DNA of 64,000 nucleotides, from the NCBI GenBank assembly GCA_003693705.1, contig RBZT01000480.1:1-64000 (forward strand). Direction: 5' to 3'. The notes under the pieces are model-generated. The model was not told the origin of the DNA. It saw only the letters and a program-made list of their open reading frames with translations, and did no database searches. Positions 1-11,084 of this stretch are shown one piece after another. Origin of the DNA: Polymyxa betae A26-41 (lineage: Eukaryota; Protista; Endomyxa: Phytomyxea). The position numbers and the translations under genes are program-made. Every line of letters begins with the position of its first letter. Position 1 is the first letter of the stretch.

Positions 1-212
1 TCATTGTAGGTCCCCGATCCTTGCTCCATCTCCATTGCAATGTCATCAATATTGTTGAACGAATTGCATGTACGCCCCGGACCATTGGACTCTGATGACA
101 ATACAGGGGATCCTGAGAGGAAATAAAAGAAGAAAAAATGCTGAAACAATGCAGAGGACCTGATTCCTGTATTGTGCGATCTGGTTGCTCGCTCAGATAA
201 CGATTCACCGAT

Positions 213-520
213 TTAAAATGCTATATACTCCGCAGGAACACTTAATGTGCTGTATGTCGTCATTGCAGTGTGTCGCGGAGCATCACAGATACCGCGGATA
301 CAGTGAAGATAATTTTCCAAACGAGCTTCAGCGTCCTTCCGGAGTTTGTAAACAAAATCTTTAAGGTTTGGACAGGGCGGAGGAAACAGCTGATTCAGTC
401 TCCCATTGTAACTTTCTAATGGGTTATTAGTCCGGTTCGCCAGCTCTTGATTGTTTTCCAAAACACGGTTGATGTTCCAGACATTTGGCTTGAACTTGTT
501 TAACCATGTTGATCTGAAAT
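213..520 (-). mobile_element. Mutator-like (MULE) transposase C-terminal remnant
   Basis: ORF 213..461 reads RTNNPLESYNGRLNQLFPPPCPNLKDFV, matching the RTNNxxExxN...PN motif at the end of MULE DDE domains. The upstream part is degraded. Confidence 0.6.
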
Positions 521-888
521 ATTTCCAAAACTGATCTAATTTGGCTTATGATTCCTTTACAGGTTGTTTTACGGGAATAGCTGCAGAGAGTTGTAAAAGT
601 TATAAAACTGGTTAAACTTTGTGGTGTTGCTGAATTCCAATTTGAAAATAGATAGGTATGCTTTTGGAATAGTAATTTGATTATAGAATATTTTTTTTTT
701 GTTAATTTCATTTCACCACTTTACTGTGACATCTCCTTTAGTAGATTTTCTCTTTCTAAGACTACTCATTCCCGCAACTTCAACATGTTTGGGGTGTGTT
801 TTGGGTGTAATTTAGGGTTTTTACTGTCATTCTCGACATTTAAAAGAACCCCGTAAATTCAGTGGGTCGCGTTTCAGCCCATATATAA

Positions 889-1389
889 TAGGGCTCCGAC
901 CCGGTATTAACGGGTCTGGTACCACCTGACTCTATCCGGTACCCGTCCATACAAAATCCTAAAAAGGCTGCAAACAAACAAAAAAATGATGAGACTTTAT
1001 TTTTCAGATAGTACTTACCAAACATCAAAGAAGAGAAGGTTTCTGGATTCAAAGAATGTCGCCGAAGCCCAATCACGTCACGGCCGCAATTGAATATTCG
1101 CTCGACAGCGACTGAAGAGCCCGGAATCGACAAAATGTCTTTTGCCACAGCGCTGAGATTAGGAAACTGTTGGGCGTGCGCTTTCCAGTAATCTAACGGA
1201 TCAACTGCAGGATCCTCACATGAGTCACATCGTAAATCGAAGTCCTTATCCACGCGCAGAAACAAAGTCCGCGCCTCACAAACTACCCGACGGGTAATCG
1301 GGTCGCCAGCCACTCCCTATCCGGTACCCGACCCGACCAGTATCCGACCCGGTCTTTCAAGATATTACCCGAACCCGATCGGAGCCCAA
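889..1389 (-). mobile_element. Non-autonomous hAT element (internal deletion derivative)
   Basis: 11-bp TIRs TAGGGCTCCGA (889-899) and TCGGAGCCCAA (1379-1389, 1 mismatch). Perfect 8-bp TSD ATATATAA (881-888, 1390-1397). ACCCG subterminal repeats. Retains the hAT dimerisation domain DPLDYWK..FPNLSAVAKDILSIPGSSVAVERIFN..RRHSL. Confidence 0.92.
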
Positions 1390-1406
1390 ATATATAATAC
1401 CAACAT

Positions 1407-2215
1407 TGGGTCGTCAGCTGCCCTGGTCGATGCATCGGCCGAGAACGTGGCCGGGCGCGCTCTGGCGCCTCCGATTGCAGCGAATACTGCCCTGGACGAC
1501 GCGAATGTCGTCGCGACGATGGCGGAAACCCGCGCACGAAAGCGGGTCCGCTCCGCCAATCCAGCGGCTGTGAAGGACGCCGAGATCACGGCTTCCGTGG
1601 TCCGGCAGCACGCCGTCATCAGCGAGCACGCTGCCGCTGCGTGGGGAGCTCCGCCATGGTTCGGACCTGCGGTTGCTGCTGCGATTGCCCCTGCAGTTGC
1701 TGCCGCGGTTGCTGCTGAGATATCCCCTGCCGTTGCTGCCGCGGTTGCTGCTGAGCTTCCCCCTGCCGTTGCTGCCGCGGTTGCTGCTGAGATTCCCCCT
1801 GCAGTTGCTGCCGCGGTTGCTGCTGCGATTGCCCCTGCAGTTGTTGCTGCGGTTGCCCGATGTCAGTAATAAGGTTTTTGGTTGACGGTTACTGACGTTT
1901 CGCTGTCAAAGGGAGTCGCGTTGTAACGCGAGAACCAGCAATGCTTTTATAAGGTTTGATCATTACCCTATTGAGCCGCTCGTGGACAACAACGGCCGCG
2001 TTCCTGCTGGGTTTCCAACAACAGCCACGGCCTTGAAACGGCTAAGAGGAATGATGCTGTATTCCTCTGTCAATATTTAATCTTACAATTGTCACAGGAC
2101 CTCAGCTTAATGCTTTGTTGCGGGCCTACTGTCTGCCTCTCAATGGTACGGTTGGCGATCGCAAGAAACGCCTTGCCTTTTTTTCGGCCTTCACAGCCGG
2201 TTTCATTAATAAATA
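1407..2215 (+). pseudogene. Mug135-like C-terminal domain gene with Ala/Pro repeats, probably disabled
   Basis: APPWF...Ala-rich repeats, then ESRCNARTSN..PLVDNNGRVPAGFPTT..LKRL and PQLNALLRAYCLPLNGTVGDRKKRLAFF. Joining these needs a 1-nt frameshift near 1858 and a mutated donor (GAATGA) near 2049. Confidence 0.55.
1669..1857 (+). repeat. 36-bp coding minisatellite, ~5.2 copies (AVAA[A/E]I[A/S/P]PAVAA)
   Basis: Unit GCGGTTGCTGCTG(C/A)GATTGCCCCTGCAGTTGCTGCC starts at 1669, 1705, 1741, 1777, 1813 and 1849 (partial). Confidence 0.95.
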
Positions 2216-2288
2216 AACACGGAGTTTAAGTTCAGTTGTTGCGTTATTATTATGATTCGTATCTATTCCTCTAGTAAACGAAGATGTT

Positions 2289-2503
2289 TGATGAAGTAGT
2301 CGAGACTACGAAAACGGTGTGAACGCAGATGGAATGAAAACAGAGTGACTGTATTATATCGTGTACACCCGGGCCAGTACGCCCGGGCGACAGTAAAGAT
2401 GAGCAGGAAATTAGCGCGAGTGCGCCGTGGCGGAAGAGGACTGGACAGCATTGAGGTCGCCGGGAAGGTGAGAGCCGGCCTCCGACTCATCTCGCCCTCG
2501 ACA
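2289..2503 (-). repeat. 3' LTR of the copia element
   Basis: Direct repeat of 6853-7067, preceded on the minus strand by a polypurine tract (CGAGGGAGAG, 2504-2513). Confidence 0.95.
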
Positions 2504-5500
2504 CTCTCCCTCGATCGAAATGTTGTCTTGTGGATCTTGCGTTTCGCTCATATATGGGGAAATTTTGCGGGCAAAATCGATTGGTCCTAACGGCTTTGTA
2601 AAAGGATCTGCGAGCATGTCTGCGGAAGAACAGGGCTGCGCCTTGATGATGCCATCACTAGTCAGGTCGCGGAGAAATTGAATTCGAACTGCGAAATGTT
2701 TAGTGCGGACAGGTGTGCGCTGTCCGTTGACCAGTTTCAGGCACCCTTGGTTATCTTCGGAAATAGAAACAGTAAAATCTTTGGAAATCAATTGCATGTC
2801 TTGGAAAATATATTTGAGACAGATCGCCTCCTTAGCAGCGGATGTCAAAGCGATGAGTTCAGCTTCAGTGGTTGAAGTTGCTGTTACTTGTTGTCTTTTT
2901 GAGGACCAGCTAATGGGACCGTTAACCAGAAAATAAATCCGGATGTAGAACGAGCGTCATGTGCAGTGCCGCCATAGTCCGCATCAGCATATCCGTGAAG
3001 TTCATACTCTGTGTCCTTTTTGAAAACAATTCCGACCTTTGTAGAACCTTTCAAATATCTAAAAATACGTTTAAATGCCAAAATGTGACCTTCGGACGGA
3101 GTTTGAGCAAATCTTGCTGCATAGTGTACCGCTTGTGCGATATCCGGACGCGTGCTGTTAGCAATGTAGAGAAGACTGCCGACAGCTTCACGGTACGGAA
3201 AATTGTCCGGAGCAGGGTTAGAAAGTCCGTCTTGTTGAGATTTGGTAGATGGGGTTTTAACTGCGTTACAGTCGACATATTGAATTTGTCGAGTAACTGG
3301 AGGATGTAGTGCTCTTGTGAAACAATAACGTCTCCATTTGGTTGGGAGAGAATTTTCCAACCTAAAAGATGCCGAACGTCACCGAGGATCTTGGTCTTCA
3401 GATTCTTCGACAGCTCGTCCTCGAACATGTTGACTGCATGAGATGATGCAGAAACAATAATAATATCGTCGACGTATGTTGCGACAATTAGTTGCCCTTT
3501 TGGTATCGCCTTTCTGAAAAGACATTTATCAGAGCAGGAAACTGTGAAATCTTGCGAGAGTAGAATTTTACAAAGATGCCTGTACCAGGCTAATCCCGCC
3601 TGTTTAAGTCCGTAGATGGCCTTGTTCAATTTACAGACGAGCTGGTGTCCATCAGGATCTTGTGATATAAATCCGTGTGGCTGCGTGATAAAGATCTCAG
3701 TGTCCAAGTCCGCGTTTAGATAAGCGGTGTCAAAGTCTACATGATGAACGATGTAGCCCGCCGCCTTCAGACTGAGTAAAGTCCGGATAGTAGTTAATGA
3801 AGCAACGGGAGAAAATGTTTCGTCGTAATCAACACCATAACGTTGGGAGAATCCTTGAGCGACTAGTCGAGCTTTGTAGCGTTGGATATTGCCGTCCTCA
3901 TTTGTCTTAACTTTGAAAACCCACTTTGACTTAATTGCGGTACGGCCTTCCGGAAGTTTACATAAAGTCCACGTACCGTTACGTTGTAGAAAATCGAATT
4001 CTTCTTGCATAGCCTTCTGCCAATTTTGGTTCTCAGTAGATTCCATCGCGTCCTTGTATGTGGATGGTTCGATCGCCAGTTGTGCGCGTTGAAACGTCCG
4101 GCTCGCTTGTTCAGTAGCAAAATCAGCGGGCTTGGATCGCACACGTGAGAGTTAGCGTAGTTTTGCGGACTCCGTAAGGTCCGTGAATGACCGACGTCGA
4201 GTCGATCGTTTCGAAGTTATTCTTGATTCAGTCCGTGTCCTGGATGCAGATGTTTCGGTATGATCATCTGTGACAGGTTCTGAAGGTTCACATGGTTGCG
4301 ATGGACAAACCTCCGAAGGTTCGTCATGTCCGGAGTTCCGCGGAGTTTCGACGGTGTCGTGCTGGTCCTCCAACTCGGGTCCGTGATCGGTATCTGACTC
4401 CGGTGCGGGGTTTTCGGACGGAAAAGTTGGCGCGGCCTCTCCCTGTGTCTCCGGGATCTCGTGAACAATGGTCGTCTGATAGGGCAGATGATGTTCGTCG
4501 AAGCTGACGTCACGACTCACGAATGTCCTCGAACTAGAATCATCTTGTAGTACATATCCCTTTTGGTTCTGTGCATAACCTAAGAAAATACATGATTGTG
4601 CCTTGGGGTCGAGCTTCTGACGATTCTGACTGGGGACATGAGCGTAGGCTCGGCAGCCGAATATTCGCATGTGGCTCACGTCCGGAATCTGACCTGACCA
4701 TAACTCGAGAGGAGATCGCCGCTGATTCGCACTTGTGATGATGCGGCTCGAAATATGGGCAGCGGTCGCCATAGCAAATTGCCAGTACCTTGTGGGAAGT
4801 CCGGCGTGTAACAGTAGAGTGCGAGCTCGTTCGACCAAAGTGCGATTCATCCGCTCTGCGACGCCATTTTGTTCTGGGGTATAGGGTACCGTCGTCTGGA
4901 GCCGAATGCCTTTCGCCCGTAATTCCGCCTGCAGGTAGTTTGAAACGAATTCGCCTCCATTATCGGCCTGTAAAATGTTAACTCGATTGTTGGTGACATT
5001 TTCGTAATTCCTGATGCAGTCTAAGATCAAATCCGCCGCCTCGGACTTGTACGTCATAAAGTACACAGTGACAAAGCGGCTATATTCGTCCACGATGGGC
5101 ATCGCGTAGCGAGATCCTTGAATGCTTGCCGTCTGCATCGGACCACATAGATCTACATGTAAGACTCTCCCTGGTTTCGTACTGCGCCGTTCCGGATCGC
5201 GGGGATTAAACGGAAGTCGTGTAGCCTTACCCATTTCACAAGCGGGACATTTGCGTTGCGAAGAGGCCGCGCCGGTTAGCGTGATACCTGTTGATGACTC
5301 TTAGTTGACCATCTCAGAGAGAACACGTTCAGGTGTATGTGCGTGTCGAGCGTGCCATACGGAAGAAGATGCGGCGGCTAGATAATTGTGAGCGGCCCCG
5401 GAGTTTATAACATAAAGTCCGTCCTTCAGTGAACCAGTCGCGACAATATGTCCGCCTTTGTAGTTGACAGCCCGTGATGTCGAAAACTGCGCGGTCGATG

Positions 5501-6838
5501 TCGCCATCTTGGCAGGCTCGTCCGATAGAGAGCAGGTTCTGATGCGCATCGGGAACGCAAAGCACTTTGGAAAGTGCAAATCCGATGTTGGCCGGACCTT
5601 ATCCGGTGATGGGAATCGAATCGCCATTCGCCATGGTGATGTGTTCGCCGGAAATGCCGTGAACGGGATGGATGGACGGACTGATTGAGGAGGTTGCGCC
5701 GGTGTCCACAATCCAAGATCCTTTAACGCGCGGAGCGTGTTGAGAAACAGAAAAGGCGTAGTTGGTAGAATGGGTGGACTTTCCGGCGCCTTTTGTATCG
5801 TTCGCGGGCTTCTCTGAAGAATCCGAAGTCGATTTGCATCGCTTTTCGATGTGCCCTTTTTCATTGCAGGTCCTACAAACATGATCTAGTGCCCGACACT
5901 CAGACATCTTGTGACCCTTAATGCCGCAATGTTTGCATTGTTCTTTGGACTTCTTTTTTTGCGTTGCGACATTCGCTGACTGCGGCTCGACAGGCCGTGG
6001 ATTGTTTTTCGCGTAGCAGATCAAAGTTTGTTCGAGTACGTCATATGTCTTGCGATCATCAGGTCCGTACAATAAGGTGTCCCGAAGAGCGTTCATCTTC
6101 GACGGCAGTTTCTGAATTACAGTTAGGAAGAGCTTAGAGTCGGATACTGGGGCTCCGGAGTTCGTGAGAGTCCGTCGTATGAGTCGGACATTGTCAAGAA
6201 ACTCCATAATGTCGGCCTTGTCGGATAAGGATATCCGTTTGAGTTGGGACTCGGCTGCGATAATGTCCGCAGCGGCCTTGCCTTCAAATCGGCGCTCAAG
6301 ACGATTCCATATAGATGGGAGGTCTTCGCAGTCAATAGTGTGTGTCTTAAAATCTTCGGACATCGACATGATAATAAGGTGGAGCGCCATCTGATGACGG
6401 CGCTCCCTATCATCGATTTCGGCCTGGGATCCGGGTGGAACCGGGTGTGAGGCCTGTGTCCGGACGGAATTCAAGTACATCGTCGCGCGGATAAGTTCAC
6501 CTTCGGCAGCAGTGAACTCCGAGATGACTGTCGCGTCGTCCGGGGTGTCAGTATGAGCTCGATGGGCTGCGGCGTAACGTGATGTCGCGGAGTTGACCTG
6601 ACTTAGGGCTGTCTCCAAGTTGGGGGCGGTCGTTGGAACGACCGAGCTGCTTAGTCTTGGGCGGGGTTCAGAGCCCGTCATGATGCCGTACGCATTGAGA
6701 CGTTTGAGGCCCATCATGACTTCTCGTCGCCATATATGCCAGTTGCTGTCGTTGAGAGTACACGACGTGAGCTGGATGGCGGTCACTTTGCTTTCCTGCA
6801 TGGCTGATGCTCGTGTCGAAACGGGGAGCCGTCGCGTT

Positions 6839-6852
6839 CTGGGCCCATAACC
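6839..6852 (-). promoter_or_regulatory. Primer binding site for an internal fragment of initiator tRNA-Met
   Basis: GGTTATGGGCCCAG directly follows the 5' LTR. It is complementary to CUGGGCCCAUAACC in the anticodon arm of eukaryotic tRNA-iMet. Confidence 0.85.
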
Positions 6853-7067
6853 TGATGAAGTAGACGAGACTACGAAAACGGTGTGAACTCAGATGGAATG
6901 AAAACAGAGTGACTGTATTATATCGTGTACATCCGGGCCAGTGCGCCCGGGCGACAGTAAAGATGAGCAGGAAATTAGCGCGAGTGCGCCGTGGCGGAAG
7001 AGGACTGGACAGCATTGAGGTCGCCGGGAAGGTGAGACGCGGCCTCCGACTCATCTCGCCCTCGACA
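6853..7067 (-). repeat. 5' LTR of the copia element
   Basis: Direct repeat of 2289-2503, followed on the minus strand by the PBS. Confidence 0.95.
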
Positions 7068-7839
7068 ATGTCTTGAAGTTGATGAAATTCATATAATGGC
7101 TTGATTTTACTATTAATAATAAAATTTGATGACAGACAACTATGACACAGCAGAGTAATATGATGAGACATCTTGATTAGGGGGTTAATAGGGAATTTAT
7201 TTTTGGTATGTTGTGGGATTTCATAACGTGATATTTAAAGACCGATATGGCATTGTTGTTTTGGGTTTTCAAATGACGGATATCGGGTTGTTGGTTTATT
7301 TTGGATGGGTGGATTTGTCATTTTTGTGTTTTTTTTGAAAATGGGATTTGGGATTTCCACAAAATTCATTTCAACAATGACAGCAAGAGGGCTACCTAAA
7401 CTCCAAAATAGAGACAAATTTCGTGGGCCAAAGCAAAATGCTACCAGAAATGCTCTCATAATAGATAATCGAGGCTCTTTAAAGCTCCGGTGATAGGGCG
7501 GTTTGCGAACAAAACAAATTTTCAATGTGTGAAATTCTGAAGAGCCCCGATTTCATGAATAGACTCTGGAATCTATTTGGGCAAGTTTCATGAATGTTCC
7601 AGCCATGGGTCATTGAATGACGCCGCCTGTTGACCAGAAACCTGCGAATTAGTCAAATACAGCAACAATCATCTGAAGTGTAACGGAGTACAGGGACCGT
7701 TCGTTACTCAGTAACAGCATGGGAGCTGTACACCATTCCCCGCAGCTGCAATATCTAAAATAATGTGAAATCACACTCCCGAAACGTAATGAGACGTAGC
7801 GTGTATTGTTTGTGTTACTGAGTAGCAAAAGCGACGGGA

Positions 7840-9234
7840 TTATTTATTGCAATCTGAAGATTTGGGTTTGTCCATATTATTCAGCAAGTTACGTGTCATT
7901 CTACTCTTCGTGTACTTGAGCAGCTCGGCTTTATGATCCCGAATCAGAGAGGATAGATGTTCAGAGTCCAGAAAATATTTCAAAATATGATCTCGATCAT
8001 CGGCAATCAATACCGACAGATACTCAACAAATTCCTGTTGTTGTTGCCTCAGTTTCCGATAGAATTCCGGGCTGAGCAAGAAATCGCTGTACTTGATGAT
8101 TTGTTGTTGGAAAATGGCCTCACGATGTGAAAATATCAGATCAAGGGCGGTATCACCTTGATCGATTGTCTCAAACATATTGAGGTCTTCATCTGTTAGT
8201 AACATTCGTGCGATATCAAGACGGTTCTGCTTGAGGGCCGCGTACAATAATGATTGATTTCGGTCATGCAGATTCGGGGGATTAATAAAGACGGATTTAT
8301 ACGGCAAGTTGAGAACAGCGTTGAAAAAGTGAATATCTCCATCACGGATCAAATCCGATAATTTCGTGATGAAAGAATGCGGCGATTGACAGATGATCTG
8401 TTCAATGAATGGAATCTGTAACAGGTGAATACCATGTTGTATGGTGGTACGTCCTATACCAGCCCATGGCTCTATCTGATTAAATACAGAATCGAATGAT
8501 GGAATAATCAGTAACGGAAAGATATCAGGAAATGCGGAAGCTGGAACAGGGACACGATCCAGATACTTCCACAGCTCGAATCGGACTCCGACATGCCAGA
8601 GAGCCTGTACGACCCGATGATCGGCAACTTCCTTCGGATAGTTGGCCATTAGAAACCCGGCGATTGCATCCGTACGGGATGGATACAGCAGCTTGAACGG
8701 ATCGGGTAACGTGCGACGGACTTTCCGGATGAGATCGTTGGTGTGATACGGACTTGACAAACCCAGCTGACTACATATGGCATCCAGGATACTGTCAGTG
8801 ATCAAGTCCTTGACCTTATCATCCAGCAAGGGCAGTACGGCGACCAATTCGTCGGCGCGATCCTCAAACTCCGGGTCCAGCATGACGGTCAGAGTCAGAT
8901 CCGGGAACACAGCACAGAGCGTCTTCAAGGCGGTGAATTTCTGGTCCAGCGACAGAGAGCGGGCCCATGTCAGACGGTGGTACACGCCCATGGCCGACTG
9001 CGGCGTGACCACAGAGGCCACCGCACGCCGTACGGACTCATTATGCGCACATTGAGCTGCAATATGATCGATTTGTACTGGGAGGTCGCAGTCCGAGACG
9101 GGACCTTTAGACAGATCGAGCAGATCCTGACCGATATCATCCCACGGATAGTCAAGCAGGGCCTCGTTGTCATTGGTGGCGGCGGCAGTGACGGCGGCCA
9201 GTACGCCCGCCATGCATATGATGATAGGTAACAT
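7840..9234 (-). CDS. Putative secreted ankyrin-repeat protein (464 aa), candidate effector
   Basis: Single ORF. Likely start MLPIIICMAGVLAAVTAA (signal peptide). Ankyrin-like segment NQSLLYAALKQNRLDIARMLL...QGDTALDL. Confidence 0.7.
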   Translation of the reverse strand: MLPIIICMAGVLAAVTAAATNDNEALLDYPWDDIGQDLLDLSKGPVSDCDLPVQIDHIAAQCAHNESVRRAVASVVTPQSAMGVYHRLTWARSLSLDQKFTALKTLCAVFPDLTLTVMLDPEFEDRADELVAVLPLLDDKVKDLITDSILDAICSQLGLSSPYHTNDLIRKVRRTLPDPFKLLYPSRTDAIAGFLMANYPKEVADHRVVQALWHVGVRFELWKYLDRVPVPASAFPDIFPLLIIPSFDSVFNQIEPWAGIGRTTIQHGIHLLQIPFIEQIICQSPHSFITKLSDLIRDGDIHFFNAVLNLPYKSVFINPPNLHDRNQSLLYAALKQNRLDIARMLLTDEDLNMFETIDQGDTALDLIFSHREAIFQQQIIKYSDFLLSPEFYRKLRQQQQEFVEYLSVLIADDRDHILKYFLDSEHLSSLIRDHKAELLKYTKSRMTRNLLNNMDKPKSSDCNK

Positions 9235-9314
9235 TAGGAGTATCGTTAGATCAATGAGAGAGACAATTGGTGGAGGGTGGTGGTGGAGACCTGAGCTCCG
9301 TTCTAAGACGATTA

Positions 9315-9336
9315 CCCCCCCCCCCNNCCCCCCCCA
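9315..9336 (+). repeat. Poly-C tract containing 2 Ns in a divergent promoter
   Basis: Seen directly. Length is uncertain because of the Ns. Confidence 0.8.
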
Positions 9337-9479
9337 TCTCCCTCCGATTGATTCCATTGATCAATCCCATGGGCGAAAGTCCGTACGCAATTTCGACTCT
9401 CAATGACAATCGCCGCCTCCGCTCCAGAAATTCGTTCGATCCCGACTGGAGGAGTGGTCCCGGTTTCGTTACGAACCTG

Positions 9480-10430
9480 ATGGCATGGCTCCGACTTGTA
9501 CTGTCAGTCTTATGTTTCACTGGTATGTATCGTGACATAATCCGCACTGCAACCCACCTCGTCCGTCTCCGTAGCTGCCGTCATCGCCACTCATGACGAG
9601 GACGACGTACTGGACCTGCCGCACTGGATCTTGGATTCGGAGCTGGAGCCTCTCTGTGGGCCAGTTCGTACCGATGAAGGCGAATTTTATGGTAAACTGT
9701 AACGTGTGCGCTTTCTCTGTCCGCAGTTCCAACACGCTCTCTCTGATGTTACAGACGTTGAATTGGGCGGTTCATTGGGCTGTAACATTACTCAGTCTGA
9801 TATGCCAAGCCCCTCTGTTGTTATTCGACGATCAAATTGGCTTTCTGCTGACGGTAAATGTTGCCATTTCACAAACATTTTTCTCTTTCTCTCATTTTTC
9901 TCCTTTTTTAACAACTTTTTGAGTTGCCATCTTGTTCCCATTTTCAAATTAAAGACTGTTTATTGATGGCGTTACAGTGCCGCGGACTTCACCCCGACCC
10001 CGATCTCTACGCCGTTCATTGCCTATTGTAATGATGAACGTCATCCTATCCGTGGTATCATCAGCTCTGGTTCTATCGGGCTCCGTTATCATCACCGAAC
10101 ACGAATGCGTCCAGTCCAGATCCAGGTTGGTGGCCAGTAGTTGGCCACTCATATCATGTAACATTATACAGATGGTGGGATGTGATCGGGTCGGTAGCTG
10201 CACTGATGATCCTGGTCGATGTGTGTACGACTATGCGGAGATCTGGGTCCCTGATCTCTGTAACATTACTTGAGAGAGTTATGATCATGATGATGTTGGT
10301 GATGGTGATGATATCTATAAATGGGCTGCTCCCATTATCCTGCAATCTTCAGATTATGATCGTCTCTATCATTATATGTCTCGTCTATGTCATCATACCT
10401 CGATGGCGCTCCTCTATACATTCCAATTAA
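9480..10430 (+). CDS. Signal-peptide + 4-TM membrane protein, family copy A (221 aa, 5 exons)
   Basis: Exons 9480-9522, 9575-9691, 9755-9853, 9978-10125, 10172-10430 splice in frame (GT-AG, phases 1,1,1,2). MAWLRLVLSVLCFTAAVIA..DVELGG..TM..SRWWDVIG..3 more TM. Confidence 0.7.
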
Positions 10431-11084
10431 AAGGTTTTTTCCTCAGCTTTTGCATGAATGGATAAAATGATCGAATTGGCATTATCGACTTGATTTTTTC
10501 ATATTAACAGGGCTCTCCTTGATGAGAAAGATCACCGCCCTTGTATGACCTCACCTATCTTTAGTCGAATCCAATTCAATAGATCATCTGTTATCGGGTT
10601 TTGGTTTCGTTTTAGTCTACGTACTGCTGTTGAGTTACTGGGAACTGTTGGAAACATTCAGGACAAGTTGTTTCAGGTCAAGTCCTGATTTCTCGGACTC
10701 CGTAAATCCGGCTGCTTCCGGGCCGTGACTTCTTCCGATCGTTTTCAATTTCGGGGACAATTGCCATTTGACTGAATTATCTCCCACCTTGTAGCTCTGT
10801 ATTACAGATCTAATAGTAACATGCATACTGGATCATGGCCGTTCCATCCAGCAGACAGATATGAAATAAACCAATACAAACATGCTTAATGGGCCTAGTT
10901 CCGGAGTTACATTACTGGGCTATACACACACATTACTGTGACACATATTGTACCTGGCATAATGTGACAATATTCTGGATAATTGTAAATAGATCTGTAA
11001 TTAATATCAGCTGTGTATGATATCAGTTCATATTGAGTCCAGAACCATCAATATTATTCTAGAACAACCCTAAACCCTAGCTAC

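Larger units (their letters stand above)
2289..7067 (-). mobile_element. Ty1/copia LTR retrotransposon, full length, coding region degenerate
   Basis: 215-bp TG..CA LTRs at 2289-2503 and 6853-7067 (about 6 differences). 5-bp TSD ATGTT/ATGTC. Copia order: gag with CCHC knuckle (5599-6801), protease WIVDTGA, integrase HVDLCGP..DNGGEF..QNGVAERMNR (4152-5234), RT YVDD (3051-4142), RNase H (ADADY..; EDNQG..TKHF..ADPFTK). Several stops and frameshifts. Confidence 0.97.

Noticed and set aside
1669-1857. 36-bp repeats as a CRISPR array
   Set aside because: Head-to-tail units with no unique spacers, in-frame coding, eukaryotic context.
9235-9357. N-terminal 41 aa of the 505-aa ORF
   Set aside because: Runs through the poly-C/N tract. 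The ATG at 9234 gives a clean signal peptide.
9692-9726. 35-nt intron giving a 59-aa secreted peptide
   Set aside because: The acceptor at 9754 has a branch-like CTGAT and gives a model matching the paralog's exon phases and DxExG motif.
10635-10900. Small spliced gene on the minus strand
   Set aside because: One plausible intron, but no convincing start codon or recognisable motif.
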